Numbered from the stretch's first letter, positions 40,196 to 53,188 are shown. The stretch is 64,000 bases of DNA from Bacteroidota bacterium (GCA_023457535.1 JAEWLN010000169.1:20165-84164), one strand, 5' to 3'. The notes: a model not told the origin generated them from the letters alone. Numbers and translations: made by a program.

Positions 40196-41215
40196 ATGAT
40201 AAAAAACGACCTTTTCCTCAAAGCCCTGCGCGGCGAAACCGTCAACCGTCCACCGGTGTGGATGATGCGCCAGGCCGGACGCTATTTACCCGAATTCCGC
40301 GAACTGCGCGACAAATACGATTTTTTTACGCGTTGCCAGACGCCGGAACTCGCCGCAGAAATTACCGTGCAACCGATTCGACGGATTGCGCCCGATGCGG
40401 CGATTTTGTTTTCCGATATTCTTGTGGTGCCGCAAGCGATGGGCATAGAGGTTCTGATGAAAGAATCGGTTGGACCGTTTTTACCCAATCCGATCCGTAC
40501 GCCACAGGATGTCGAGCAGGTCATTGTGCCCGATATCGACGAGACGCTCGGCTACGTCATGGATGCGATCAAACTGACCAAGCAAAAGCTCAACGATGAG
40601 GTGCCACTGATTGGTTTCGCGGGTTCGCCGTGGACAATTTTTTGCTATGCCGTCGAAGGTAAAGGATCGAAAAGTTTCGACACGGCCAAAGGATTTTGTT
40701 TCCAATACCCTGAAGCCGCGCACGTTTTGCTGCAAAAAATCACCGATACGACCATCGCTTACCTGAAGAAAAAAGTCGAGGCGGGCGTCAATGCTGTACA
40801 GGTTTTTGACTCGTGGGGCGGCATGCTTTCACCGGTCGATTACCAGGAATTTTCATGGAAATACATCAACCAGATCGTGGAAGCGCTTGCGCCGTTGACG
40901 CATGTGATCGTGTTTGGAAAAGGTTGTTGGTTTGCGCTTAATGAAATGGGAAAATCGAAGGCGTCGGCGTTGGGTGTGGACTGGACATGCTCGGCAAGAA
41001 ACGCGAGGTATTTGTCCGGTGGACAGATCACGTTGCAGGGCAATTTCGACCCGTCGCGCTTGCTCTCGCCGATTCCGGTGATCAAAAAAATGGTGCGCGA
41101 GATGATCGACGAGTTTGGCAAAGACCGTTATATCGTCAACCTCGGGCATGGCATTTTGCCGAACATTCCGGTGGATCACGCCAAGGCGTTTATTGACGCG
41201 GTAAAGGAGTATTGA
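40196..41215 (+). CDS. hemE: Uroporphyrinogen decarboxylase
   Basis: [36 protein letters not shown]. Confidence 0.97.
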   Translation: MIKNDLFLKALRGETVNRPPVWMMRQAGRYLPEFRELRDKYDFFTRCQTPELAAEITVQPIRRIAPDAAILFSDILVVPQAMGIEVLMKESVGPFLPNPIRTPQDVEQVIVPDIDETLGYVMDAIKLTKQKLNDEVPLIGFAGSPWTIFCYAVEGKGSKSFDTAKGFCFQYPEAAHVLLQKITDTTIAYLKKKVEAGVNAVQVFDSWGGMLSPVDYQEFSWKYINQIVEALAPLTHVIVFGKGCWFALNEMGKSKASALGVDWTCSARNARYLSGGQITLQGNFDPSRLLSPIPVIKKMVREMIDEFGKDRYIVNLGHGILPNIPVDHAKAFIDAVKEY

Positions 41216-41218
41216 TGG

Positions 41219-41310
41219 GGGATGCTGAACTTGTTTCAGCATCTGGACCGGTTCAACGACAACTTTTTGCGGAGCCCCGCACTTAGATGCTGAAACAAGT
41301 TCAGCATCCC
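41219..41310. repeat. REP-like element: 26-bp perfect inverted repeat with 40-nt loop
   Basis: gggatgctgaacttgtttcagcatct (41219-41244) and its exact reverse complement (41285-41310). Confidence 0.85.
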
Positions 41311-41322
41311 AAAACCCACCAC

Positions 41323-42228
41323 ATGAAAGACCAATTCTACACCTACATCCAAAACCTGCAAAACGAAATTTGCCACGCGCTCGAAACCAGCGACGGATCG
41401 GCCAAATTCCGCGAAGACCTCTGGCAACGCCCTGAAGGCGGCGGCGGGCGAACGCGCGTGATCGAAAACGGTGCCGTCATCGAAAAAGGCGGCGTCAACA
41501 TCTCAGGCGTACACGGTAAACTGCCCGATTCGATGCAGCAGATGTTCGGCGTAGGCGATGTCGACTTTTTTGCGTGCGGGCTCTCGCTTGTCATCCATCC
41601 CAAAAATCCTATGGCGCCCACCGTACATGCCAACTGGCGCTATTTTGAGATGTACGATGCAGCCGGCAATATCATCGACCAATGGTTTGGCGGTGGCCAG
41701 GACCTCACGCCGTATTATTTGTTTGAAGAAGATGCGGTCCATTTCCACCAAACCTGCAAAACCGCCTGCGACAAACACGACCCGGCGTTTTATCCCAAAT
41801 ATAAAAAACAGTGCGACCAGTATTTCTGGAACGCACACCGCCATGAGGCGCGCGGCATCGGCGGGTTGTTCTTTGATTACTGCAAAAAATCCGAGGCAAT
41901 ATCGATGCAGCAATGGTACGATTTCGTAACCGAAGTGGGTAACAGCTTCACATCGGCCTACATTCCGATACTGAACCGGCGAAAAGATTTGCCATACAAT
42001 GACGCCAACCGCACCTGGCAGGAAATCCGCCGCGGACGCTACGTCGAATTCAACCTCGTCCACGACAAAGGCACGCTGTTCGGGCTCAAGACCAACGGCC
42101 GCATCGAAAGCATACTGATGAGTTTGCCGCCGCACGTGCAATGGGTTTACGACCATCATCCCAAACCGGGCACCGACGAAGAAAAACTGATAAAAATGCT
42201 GGCCCAACCCATGGATTGGCTCGCCTAA
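41323..42228 (+). CDS. hemF: Oxygen-dependent coproporphyrinogen III oxidase
   Basis: EKGGVN, HANWRYF, WFGGG, RGIGGLFFD, RRGRYVEFNL; start moved to MKDQF. Confidence 0.96.
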   Translation: MKDQFYTYIQNLQNEICHALETSDGSAKFREDLWQRPEGGGGRTRVIENGAVIEKGGVNISGVHGKLPDSMQQMFGVGDVDFFACGLSLVIHPKNPMAPTVHANWRYFEMYDAAGNIIDQWFGGGQDLTPYYLFEEDAVHFHQTCKTACDKHDPAFYPKYKKQCDQYFWNAHRHEARGIGGLFFDYCKKSEAISMQQWYDFVTEVGNSFTSAYIPILNRRKDLPYNDANRTWQEIRRGRYVEFNLVHDKGTLFGLKTNGRIESILMSLPPHVQWVYDHHPKPGTDEEKLIKMLAQPMDWLA

Positions 42229-42241
42229 AAAATAAAAGACT

Positions 42242-43234
42242 ATGTTTCCACTACAAAGAGACCGAAGACTAAGAACCAACGAATCCATCCGCTCGCTGGT
42301 TCGCGAAACCTCGCTTTCACCACAGGATTTCATGCTGCCGATGTTTATCGCCGAGGGCAAAGACGTCCGCATCCCGATCGCGTCCATGCCCGGCATTTAC
42401 CGCCATTCGCTCGATCACACCATTCGCGAGGTCAAAGAAGCGTGGGATCTGGGCATTCGTGCAGTAAATATTTACGTCAAAGTATCGGAAAATCTCAAGG
42501 ACAACACCGGAAAAGAAGCCTGGAACAAGGACGGTCTGATGCAGCAAACGATCCGGGCGATCAAAGACGCCGTACCGGAGATGATCGTCATGCCCGATGT
42601 CGCGCTCGATCCATATTCCATTTACGGCCACGACGGCATCATCGAGAAAGGCCAGATCGTCAACGACGCCACAGTTGACGCGCTCACCAGAATGTCCCTT
42701 TCGCATGCCGAGGCCGGCGCCGATTTCGTAGCGCCCAGCGACATGATGGACGGACGCGTTCTCGCGATCCGCAAAGCGCTCGAACAAAACGGGCATCACG
42801 ACGTAGGCATCATGAGCTATTCTGCCAAATACGCTTCGGCGTTTTACGGCCCGTTCCGCGAGGCACTCGATTCCGCGCCCGTCGATGCGCAACAGGTTCC
42901 AAAAGACAAAAAAACGTACCAGATGGACTACGCCAACCGCATCGAAGCGATAAAAGAAGCGCTGCACGACGTGGCAGAGGGCGCCGACATCGTCATGGTC
43001 AAACCCGGAATTGCATACCTCGACATTGTGCGCGAAGTCAAAAACGCCGTCAATGTGCCCGTCTCGGTTTATCACGTTTCAGGCGAATACGCAATGATCA
43101 AAGCCGCTGCCGAACGTGGTTGGCTGGATCACGACAAGATCATGATCGAACAATTGTATTGCATCAAACGCGCGGGCGCAAGCATTATTTCAACCTATTT
43201 TGCCAAGGAAGCCGCGGCACTGTTGAACAATTAA
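42242..43234 (+). CDS. hemB: Porphobilinogen synthase (ALA dehydratase)
   Basis: DVALDPYSIYGHDG (Asp-rich, non-Zn type), PSDMMDGR, YSAKY, MVKP, VSGEY. Confidence 0.97.
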   Translation: MFPLQRDRRLRTNESIRSLVRETSLSPQDFMLPMFIAEGKDVRIPIASMPGIYRHSLDHTIREVKEAWDLGIRAVNIYVKVSENLKDNTGKEAWNKDGLMQQTIRAIKDAVPEMIVMPDVALDPYSIYGHDGIIEKGQIVNDATVDALTRMSLSHAEAGADFVAPSDMMDGRVLAIRKALEQNGHHDVGIMSYSAKYASAFYGPFREALDSAPVDAQQVPKDKKTYQMDYANRIEAIKEALHDVAEGADIVMVKPGIAYLDIVREVKNAVNVPVSVYHVSGEYAMIKAAAERGWLDHDKIMIEQLYCIKRAGASIISTYFAKEAAALLNN

Positions 43235-43244
43235 TAATTTTTAG

Positions 43245-43320
43245 AAGCTGATCCGGCTGTTCGCTGTATCTTTTGCCCGCTAAAGGCGCAGGCAAAAGGA
43301 TGCCGCTGCCATCCGGGCTA
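43245..43320 (+). repeat. Flavo-1-like element, copy 4
   Basis: agctgatccggctgttcgctgtatcttttgcc...ggcaaaaggatgccgctgccatccgggcta. Confidence 0.65.
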
Positions 43321-43331
43321 TGATCCAGTTT

Positions 43332-43718
43332 ATGAAACACGTTATTTTACTTTTATCGGCCCTTTTCGTTCTGGTCTCGTGCAAAAAGCAGCAGGAACAA
43401 GAAATCCTGTATCCGGAATCGGCAACGGCCACAACCCAAACGCCCGTAGAACTCGGGCAGGAACTCTTTGATTCCAAAGGCAATTGTTTTGCGTGCCACA
43501 AACCGGACCAGAAGATCGTCGGGCCGAGCATTGTGGAAATTGCCCGGATCTACAAAGAACAAAACGGCGACATTGTTTCATTCCTGAAAGGCAATGAAGA
43601 ACCTATCGTAGACCCAAGCCAGTTTGCGGTCATGCAAACCAATTTTGCCATTACCAAAAACATGTCCAATCAGGAACTCGAAGCGCTCGAGGCATATATT
43701 TACAGCCATCTAAAATAA
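43332..43718 (+). CDS. Class I c-type cytochrome lipoprotein
   Basis: LVSC lipobox; CFACH heme motif, VGPS, distal Met. Confidence 0.9.
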   Translation: MKHVILLLSALFVLVSCKKQQEQEILYPESATATTQTPVELGQELFDSKGNCFACHKPDQKIVGPSIVEIARIYKEQNGDIVSFLKGNEEPIVDPSQFAVMQTNFAITKNMSNQELEALEAYIYSHLK

Positions 43719-43784
43719 GCCACCCGGCGTCCGGCGTGTGAATTAAAACATTACCTTTAACGGTATTTTTTTAAAAAGCGGCAT

Positions 43785-46700
43785 TTGGACACGGGTAACG
43801 AGACCTATTATTTTCTTCGCGGAGACGGCGAGTGCGTGACTTTGGCGCGCCATTTTGATTGGACGGCCACACCGCTCGGGGATCCGTCCGGTTGGTCGCT
43901 TGAATTGCGCAATGCCGTCGCGACGATTTTTTCGTCCAAGTTCCCTATGTTTTTATGGTGGGGTCAAGAACTGATCCAGTTCTACAATGACGGATACCGT
44001 CCCAGTCTTGGCATCGAAGGCAAACATCCTTTGGCCATGGGGCAGCGCGGCGCAGATTGCTGGCCGGAAATCTGGGATTTCATCCATCCGCTCATTGAAA
44101 AAGTAATGACCACCGGCGAAAGCGTGTGGTATGAGGACTTATTGCTCCCCATTTTCCGCAACGGCCGCATGGAGGACGTATACTGGACTTTTAGTTACAG
44201 CCCGGTGTACAGCCACGAAGGAACCGTAGTTGGTGTTCACGTGGTTTGCGTCGAAACCACAGAAAAAATCGTCGGTCTGGCTGAAATGCTCGAAAGCAAG
44301 GCCGAACTTGAATTCACCCTTGAAGCGGCCGAACTCGCCGCCTGGGACTTGAATCCCGCCACCGGAAAAGTCACTGCCAATACGCGTCTTAAGGATTGGT
44401 TCGGTTTAACCGCCGATGACGACGTTCCGCTTACACTCGCTCTGGAATCGATCGACGAGCCGGACCGTCCGCGCGTACTCGAGGCCATCAACAAAGCGGT
44501 CGCGCCCGGATCGGACGGCAAATACGACATTGCTTACACCATTATCCATCCCGTAACAGGCCAAATGCGCGAAGTCATCGCCAAAGGCCGCGCCCGTTTC
44601 AACGACGATGGCACGCTGTTTCGCTTTAACGGCACGCTCGAAGATGTTACGGCCCAGGTGCATGCACAGCGCGAGGCAGCCGAGGCGAGGCAACTCACGG
44701 ACCTGACCATCAAAGCCGTCGGATTGGGACTTTTCAAGGCCAACCCGCTTACAGACGAGATGGACTATACGCCCGAATTTGCCTACCTCATGACGGGAAA
44801 TGCGGCGCAGCGCAAAATGTCACGTAACGCTTTTATCACGCACATCCATCCGGAAGACCAGTACATGCGTGTGATGGCCGTGCGCGAAGGCGTCGAAAAA
44901 GGCGAATTTCACTACGAACCGCGCGTAATTTGGGCCGACGGGTCCGTACGAAGACTTTCCATAGTTGGGGCGCGTGTGAACGACGCGGAGGGAAACATGG
45001 TGGCACTCTCCGGTGTCGTGCGTGACATCACCATTAATGAAACCCAGCAAAAAGCGCTCGAGGAAGCGCAAACCCAACTCCACAAAGAACGACGGGAGAG
45101 CGAGAATTTTTTCAGGAACGTCACGGACAGTTCCCCAACAGGACTTTGGTTATCGGACAAAGACGGCTATATCACCTACCTGAACCGCGCCCTGATCGAA
45201 TGGACAGGCGTGCGCTACGATGAATTGCTGGGCGGCGGCTGGTTAAATGCCATCGTCGCTGAAGACCGCCAGGCTGTGCAGTCTTTGTACATTACCGCAA
45301 TCGAAACGCGTACGCATTACGATGCGATGTTCAGGTTGCGCAAACACGACGGCAATATCATTTGGTGTCGTGCGGGCGGGGATCCGTTTTATGACGATGA
45401 GGGCAATTACGCCGGATTTTCCGGATTTTGTATGGACATCGATGAAATCGTCGCCGGACGCAAGGCCGTTGCTGACAGCGAGGTTTTGTTCCGGTCGATT
45501 ATCGAGCAGGCGCCGGTAGCTACGTGTTTGTTTGTCGGGCCCAAAATGGTCATCAGCGTGGCCAACAACATCATGATCGGATATTGGGGCAAGGACCGGT
45601 CAGTAATCGGAAAGCCCGTGCTCGATGCGCTGCCGGAAATCAGCACGCAGCCGTTTCCGCAGATATTGCAGAACGTTTACCGCACCGGCATCGCCTATAC
45701 CGATCAGTCTGCGTTCGCGCAACTCGAAGTGGGCGGCGAAATCCGCGATTATTATTTTGACTTCACTTACAAACCGCTCATGAACGCCGACGGTGAAATC
45801 TACGGCGTGCTGAATATGGCCGTCGATGTCACCCAACAGGTCAATGCGCAAAGGCTTATCGAGGAGCAACAGCGCCGCATACTGGCATCGTTTGAACAGG
45901 CTCCGGTAGGGATTGCCATGCTCGAAGGCGAACACTTTATTTTCAGGATGGCCAATCTGTTTTACTGCGAACTCGTCGACCGTCCGCTTCAAAGCATTAT
46001 CGACAAGCCGCTGATGCAGGCCATTCCGGAACTCGAAGGCCAGGGATTTGACGAATTGTTGCGCAGTGTCTACACTACCGGAATTCCGTTTACGGCCTCT
46101 GAAGTGTCGGTCAAGCTCAAGCGCGGCACGGGCATCGAAACCATATATGTAGATCTTACATACCAGCCCCAACTCGACGCATCGGAAGCCGTGACAGGTA
46201 TTTTGGTGGTCGCCACCGATGTTACCCAACAAGTCGTAAGCCGCCTGGCCGTGGAAGTCAACGAGCAAAAATTCCGCTCGATCATTTCCGATACGCCTAT
46301 GGGTGTGGCGCTGTTTCAGGGCCGCGAAATGATTATCGAGGTCGCCAATGATATTCTGCTCGGGTATTTGGGCAAGGACCGATCGGTCATTGGAATGCGA
46401 TATGTAGACGCGGTGCCGGAGCTTATCGGGCAGGGACTGGTCAAGATCATGGATCAGGTCTTTGCTTCGGGCACGTCTTATGAGGCGCGGGATGCACGCG
46501 TGGATCTGACCATCGACGGGCAGATGCGAACCCACTACTACAATTATTCTTATACGCCGCTGCTCGACAACCAGGCGGACGTGTACGCCATCATTCTCAC
46601 GGCACAGGACGTCACCGAGCAGTTTGTCGCGCGCAAAAAAATTGAGGATACGCAAAAGGCGCTCGAAAATGCGATCGAACTCGCCGAGCTCTCCACTTGG

Positions 46701-47852
46701 AAATTGGACATCCAAAATGGCCGGTTTGTCTATTCGGACCGGTTCCAGGATTGGCTCGGGTTTAACGACGCGACCCAATCGATGGACGAGGCATTCAATC
46801 CGCTGCCGGAAGAATACCGCGAGCGCGTTGCAGCAGCCATCGAAGCGGTAATCCGGCCCGGCGCCGACGGACGTTACCAAAACGAACATCCTATCATTAA
46901 CCGCATTACCGGACAGCAACGCATCATCCGCGCCAATGCACAGGTGTATTACGACCAGTGGGGAAGCCCGCAGTTTTTGAGCGGAACGGCCCAGGACATC
47001 ACCAAAGACCGCAAGCTCCAGCAGGAACTCGAATTCAAGGTCAACCAACGCACCAGCGCACTGCGCGAAGCCAATGCCGAGCTCGCGCTGGCCAACAAAT
47101 CGCTTGAGTCCAACAACCTCGAACTGCAGCAGTTTGCCTACATCGCATCGCACGATTTACAGGAACCTGTGCGCAAGATCACCATTTTTACGCAAATGCT
47201 GCAAAGCCAACTTGGGCCATTGCCGGCTAAAGCGCAGGGTTATCTGGATAAAATCGGTCTATCGGCCCAACGCATGTCGGTGCTGATCAGCGACATTCTG
47301 GCGTTCTCCCGACTGTCAGATCTCAACGAACGGTTCGAGCGTGTAGACCTGAATGATGTCATGGCTGAAATTCTCCTGGAATTTGAGTTGTCGATCGAGC
47401 AAAAATCGGCCGTCATCCAAATGGAAGCCTTGCCGGTGATCAATGCCATTCCGCTTCAGATGTCGCAACTGTTTGGCAATTTGCTGTCCAATTCACTCAA
47501 ATACACCAGCGAGCATAAAAAGCCCGTCATCGAAATATTTACAAGCCCAGTCACGACCGATGAGGTCACGGCGCTACATCTGGACGTTGCCCTCACGTAT
47601 TGCAAGATCGGGTTCAGGGACAACGGCATTGGGTTCGAGCCCGAATACGCCGAGAAAATATTCAACATTTTCCATCGTCTGCACGGCAAGAATGAATACA
47701 TAGGAACCGGTATCGGGCTGGCGCTGTGCCGCAAAATCGTCAACAACCATCACGGACGGATCACTGCCTCCGGGGTTGTGGGCAAGGGCGCGACATTCTG
47801 GATCGTCATTCCGGTTTCGCGGGATCAGGATTTGCCTTTGTTGAGCGTGTAG
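43785..47852 (+). CDS. Cytoplasmic multi-PAS sensor histidine kinase
   Basis: About 8-9 PAS/PAC repeats, FAYIASHDLQEP, NLLSNSLKY, DNGIGF, GTGIGLA; no TM segment or receiver domain. Confidence 0.93.
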   Translation: MDTGNETYYFLRGDGECVTLARHFDWTATPLGDPSGWSLELRNAVATIFSSKFPMFLWWGQELIQFYNDGYRPSLGIEGKHPLAMGQRGADCWPEIWDFIHPLIEKVMTTGESVWYEDLLLPIFRNGRMEDVYWTFSYSPVYSHEGTVVGVHVVCVETTEKIVGLAEMLESKAELEFTLEAAELAAWDLNPATGKVTANTRLKDWFGLTADDDVPLTLALESIDEPDRPRVLEAINKAVAPGSDGKYDIAYTIIHPVTGQMREVIAKGRARFNDDGTLFRFNGTLEDVTAQVHAQREAAEARQLTDLTIKAVGLGLFKANPLTDEMDYTPEFAYLMTGNAAQRKMSRNAFITHIHPEDQYMRVMAVREGVEKGEFHYEPRVIWADGSVRRLSIVGARVNDAEGNMVALSGVVRDITINETQQKALEEAQTQLHKERRESENFFRNVTDSSPTGLWLSDKDGYITYLNRALIEWTGVRYDELLGGGWLNAIVAEDRQAVQSLYITAIETRTHYDAMFRLRKHDGNIIWCRAGGDPFYDDEGNYAGFSGFCMDIDEIVAGRKAVADSEVLFRSIIEQAPVATCLFVGPKMVISVANNIMIGYWGKDRSVIGKPVLDALPEISTQPFPQILQNVYRTGIAYTDQSAFAQLEVGGEIRDYYFDFTYKPLMNADGEIYGVLNMAVDVTQQVNAQRLIEEQQRRILASFEQAPVGIAMLEGEHFIFRMANLFYCELVDRPLQSIIDKPLMQAIPELEGQGFDELLRSVYTTGIPFTASEVSVKLKRGTGIETIYVDLTYQPQLDASEAVTGILVVATDVTQQVVSRLAVEVNEQKFRSIISDTPMGVALFQGREMIIEVANDILLGYLGKDRSVIGMRYVDAVPELIGQGLVKIMDQVFASGTSYEARDARVDLTIDGQMRTHYYNYSYTPLLDNQADVYAIILTAQDVTEQFVARKKIEDTQKALENAIELAELSTWKLDIQNGRFVYSDRFQDWLGFNDATQSMDEAFNPLPEEYRERVAAAIEAVIRPGADGRYQNEHPIINRITGQQRIIRANAQVYYDQWGSPQFLSGTAQDITKDRKLQQELEFKVNQRTSALREANAELALANKSLESNNLELQQFAYIASHDLQEPVRKITIFTQMLQSQLGPLPAKAQGYLDKIGLSAQRMSVLISDILAFSRLSDLNERFERVDLNDVMAEILLEFELSIEQKSAVIQMEALPVINAIPLQMSQLFGNLLSNSLKYTSEHKKPVIEIFTSPVTTDEVTALHLDVALTYCKIGFRDNGIGFEPEYAEKIFNIFHRLHGKNEYIGTGIGLALCRKIVNNHHGRITASGVVGKGATFWIVIPVSRDQDLPLLSV

Positions 47853-48049
47853 ATCCCGCCAATGAACACCAGCACGGCAAGTCCGATGTAAATGATGCCT
47901 TTGGTTTGACCGGATTCATCGGAAACATCGACTTTGATGCCCAGAAAATTAAACGATTCGGTGTTTGCCGCAATGGTGTTGATGCCAAAATAAGCCAAAA
48001 CGACTGCGGCGACGATCAATACAATGCCAATGAGTTTGGATGCGTTCAT
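47825..48049 (-). CDS. Small two-TM membrane protein (74 aa)
   Basis: MNASKLIGIVLIVAAVVLAYFG...GLAVLVFIGGIYTL; has its own promoter. Confidence 0.75.
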   Translation of the reverse strand: MNASKLIGIVLIVAAVVLAYFGINTIAANTESFNFLGIKVDVSDESGQTKGIIYIGLAVLVFIGGIYTLNKGKS

Positions 48050-48069
48050 AATACTTGGATTTAGTATTC

Positions 48070-48116
48070 CCAAATTACCGATTCACCCGCCGTCCGGGGT
48101 TATATTTATTCTGTAA
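48070..48116 (-). promoter_or_regulatory. TTACAG-N5 box + 22 nt + TAATTTGG (-7)
   Basis: Minus strand TTACAG-AATAA-ATATAA upstream of the small membrane protein. Confidence 0.45.
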
Positions 48117-48167
48117 ATTGTTCAAACTTCTCTTGTTTGCCGTCCGCCGATTGCCTATTTTTAAAAC

Positions 48168-48653
48168 ATGGAAACCGTTTATATCCAATCGCCGATAGGA
48201 CCCGCGCGCATTACCGGTGATGCCGATGGCGTGTCGGTTATCTCCGTTTGCAATGAACCCGTAGAATGTTCCGATGAAATTCCCGCCGTGCTAACGGAAG
48301 CCGTTTTCCAATTGCGCGAATATTTTGCCGGCAGCCGCACCGATTTTACTTTCCGGATCAATCCCGAGGGTACCGCATTCCAGCGAAATGTCTGGCGCGA
48401 GCTGTTGCAGATTTCGTTCGGCAAGACGGTTTCGTATTTGGAACTGGCCAAAAAGCTCGGCGATGTGAAAGCCATCCGCGCCGTAGCATCGGCCAATGGG
48501 AAAAATCCTTTGTGGATCGTGGTGCCGTGCCATCGCGTTATCGGAACCGACGGGTCCTTGACGGGTTACGCAGGTGGCTTGTGGCGCAAAAAATGGTTGC
48601 TTGAACACGAGAATCCATCGGGGCAGCACGCGCTATTTGATGCGGAAATCTAG
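48168..48653 (+). CDS. ogt: Methylated-DNA-protein-cysteine S-methyltransferase
   Basis: GTAFQ, RAVASANGKNP, VPCHRVIG active site. Confidence 0.95.
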   Translation: METVYIQSPIGPARITGDADGVSVISVCNEPVECSDEIPAVLTEAVFQLREYFAGSRTDFTFRINPEGTAFQRNVWRELLQISFGKTVSYLELAKKLGDVKAIRAVASANGKNPLWIVVPCHRVIGTDGSLTGYAGGLWRKKWLLEHENPSGQHALFDAEI

Positions 48654-48663
48654 ACCTACAGAT

Positions 48664-49812
48664 ATGAAAATCCTCAAAAAAATCATCCTGACGCTTACCG
48701 CCATCGTGTTGTTGCTCGTGGCGGCCCTTTATATTTTTGATTACGATTACCTGATCAAAGGCATTCGAACGGTTTATATGAACGGTCACAAAACGGCGTT
48801 CCTGGACGACTACAAATATTTTGACAACCGCGTGATGCCCAAAAGTGCCCAACCGCAGCCCTGGCCGGTGTCATCGGCGTATAATGCCGTCCCGATGACG
48901 CCCAAAATGATGGAATGGCACCAAAAGATGGAAACCGTTGCTTTTTTGATCATCAAAAACGACAGCATCTGGAGCGAGAATTATTTCGACGGTTACGGCA
49001 AAGACTCCAGGTCCAACTCGTTCTCGATGGCCAAAAGCATGGTGTGTGCTGCGCTCGGCAAGGCGATCCAGCAAGGCAGGATTCGCAGTCTGGATCAGGA
49101 AGTATCCGATTTTTACCCGCAATATGCCGATGCAAAAGGTGGTCTGACCGTAGGCGACCTTGCGTCGATGGCCTCCGGGTTGGATTGGGACGAAAGTTAT
49201 TACAGTCCGTTCTCGGTAACTACGCGCGCTTATTTTGACGATCAACTCGATGCCGTGACGTTGGGAATGAAGCGCATCGAACCCAGCGGCAAAAGCTACA
49301 AATACCTGAGCGGCAATACCCAATTACTGGCCATGTGTATCCAAAAGGCGACCGGTCAGGAATTGTCCCAATATATAGCCAAGGAGTTCTGGCAGCCGAT
49401 GGGCGCTGAAAACGACGCGCTCTGGCAAACCGATCATCGCGGCGGGACCGTCAAAGCGTATTGCTGCGTGGCCTCAAATGCACGCGACTTTGCCCGGTTT
49501 GGCAAATTGTACCGCCAGTTTGGGAAATGGAACGGCCGTCAGATCATCGACTCGGCATTCGTCGCAAAATCCATTGTGCCGCGCTTCCCCGATTCGCCGC
49601 AATATGGCTATGGTTGGTGGCTGGCCGAACGCGAAGGAAAACGCATTTTTTACATGCGCGGCCACCTCGGGCAATATACTATTGTGATTCCGCAAGACAA
49701 TGTGATCATTGTAAGACTTGGACACCGCATGATCAGAAGTGATGTAGGAAAACCGGAAAGCCAGGATTTTGATGTGTGGGTAAGTGAGAGCCTGAAAATG
49801 CTTCGCCAATAG
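48664..49812 (+). CDS. Serine hydrolase (beta-lactamase/class C-like)
   Basis: SFSMAKS (SxxK), YGYGWW, GHLGQY. Confidence 0.88.
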   Translation: MKILKKIILTLTAIVLLLVAALYIFDYDYLIKGIRTVYMNGHKTAFLDDYKYFDNRVMPKSAQPQPWPVSSAYNAVPMTPKMMEWHQKMETVAFLIIKNDSIWSENYFDGYGKDSRSNSFSMAKSMVCAALGKAIQQGRIRSLDQEVSDFYPQYADAKGGLTVGDLASMASGLDWDESYYSPFSVTTRAYFDDQLDAVTLGMKRIEPSGKSYKYLSGNTQLLAMCIQKATGQELSQYIAKEFWQPMGAENDALWQTDHRGGTVKAYCCVASNARDFARFGKLYRQFGKWNGRQIIDSAFVAKSIVPRFPDSPQYGYGWWLAEREGKRIFYMRGHLGQYTIVIPQDNVIIVRLGHRMIRSDVGKPESQDFDVWVSESLKMLRQ

Positions 49813-49872
49813 GCATTTCCAATCGGTATTGTATCTGACATCGACAACGGCTATGACAATATCAAATCATAA

Positions 49873-52182
<2,310 letters not shown>

Positions 52183-52186
52183 TTAT

Positions 52187-52211
52187 AAAGCGCTTTCGGG
52201 CGCTTTTTTTT
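52187..52211 (+). terminator. katG terminator
   Basis: aaagcgct-ttcg-ggcgcttt followed by a T-tract. Confidence 0.85.
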
Positions 52212-52364
52212 ATGGCCGGCGGGCGTCAACCCGATTTCTCCAACCCGACTTCCACGGCGCGTTCCGGGGTTTGCAAGGTATAACGTTTGACGGCGCTTAT
52301 TTAGTAAATTTGGCGTAAATGCTTTGTTTTGTGGCAACAAAAATTTTATTCCCATGGTTCAAAA

Positions 52365-52410
52365 CTACAGATTTTCTGTAACCAACTCTGGACAAAACTT
52401 TCTACATTTA
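52365..52410 (+). promoter_or_regulatory. CTACAG-N5-CTGTAA box + 21 nt + TACATTTA (-7)
   Basis: Near-perfect palindrome 52365-52381 upstream of the exonuclease gene. Confidence 0.55.
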
Positions 52411-52427
52411 AACTTTAATTTTGCGCC

Positions 52428-53141
52428 ATGATCCACAAAATCAATCTGACAAATATCCTGTTTCTCGACATCGAAACCGTCCCATGCGAGGAACACTACA
52501 ACAACCTTGACCCCGAATGGCAGCAGCTCTGGGAACAAAAAACCCAGTACCAACGCCGCGATGAGTATACGCCCGAAGACTTTTATGAGCGCGCCGGAAT
52601 CTGGGCCGAATTTGGAAAAATCGTTTGCCTGTCCGTGGGTTATTTTACCTTCAAGGCGGACATACGACATTTTCGCGTGACTTCTTTTTTTGGCGACGAG
52701 GTCAGGATCCTCCAAGATTTCTGCAACCTGCTCGCCAATCACTTTAACGGTCCGCAACATTTGCTTTGCGGGCACAACGCCAGGGAATTCGACATACCGT
52801 TCATCGCCCGGCGCCTGATCATCAACGGGCTTCCAATGCCGGATAAACTGAATTTATTTGGCAGGAAGCCATGGGAAATTCCGCATCTCGACACGCTTGA
52901 GTTATGGAAATTCGGGGATTATAAACACTTTACTTCACTCAAGTTGCTGACCAAGATTTTGGGCATTCCATCTTCAAAAGGCGACATCGACGGCAGTCAG
53001 GTAGGACATGTATATTACGTGGACAAAGACATTGATCGCATTGTGACCTATTGTGAAAAAGACGTGGTCGCCACCGCTCAGGTATTCCTGAGGCTCCGAC
53101 GCGAGGAGTTGCTCGTCGGCGATGAAATTCTCCACATTTGA
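52428..53141 (+). CDS. PolB-like 3'-5' exonuclease family protein
   Basis: FLDIET (ExoI), GHNAREFD (ExoII), YCEKDV (ExoIII). Confidence 0.9.
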   Translation: MIHKINLTNILFLDIETVPCEEHYNNLDPEWQQLWEQKTQYQRRDEYTPEDFYERAGIWAEFGKIVCLSVGYFTFKADIRHFRVTSFFGDEVRILQDFCNLLANHFNGPQHLLCGHNAREFDIPFIARRLIINGLPMPDKLNLFGRKPWEIPHLDTLELWKFGDYKHFTSLKLLTKILGIPSSKGDIDGSQVGHVYYVDKDIDRIVTYCEKDVVATAQVFLRLRREELLVGDEILHI

Positions 53142-53169
53142 AAAAAAACCGGAGCATCAACTCCGGTTT
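53141..53169. terminator. Terminator between convergent genes
   Basis: aaaccggag-catcaa-ctccggttt with a flanking A-tract. Confidence 0.7.
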
Positions 53170-53188
53170 CTGGTTCGTTTTTCTCCGA

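Noticed and set aside
45600..47153. Long antisense ORFs (also 6326-7321, 30054-31022, 32471-33478)
   Set aside because: They lie opposite well-supported genes and are explained by codon bias; no protein motifs.
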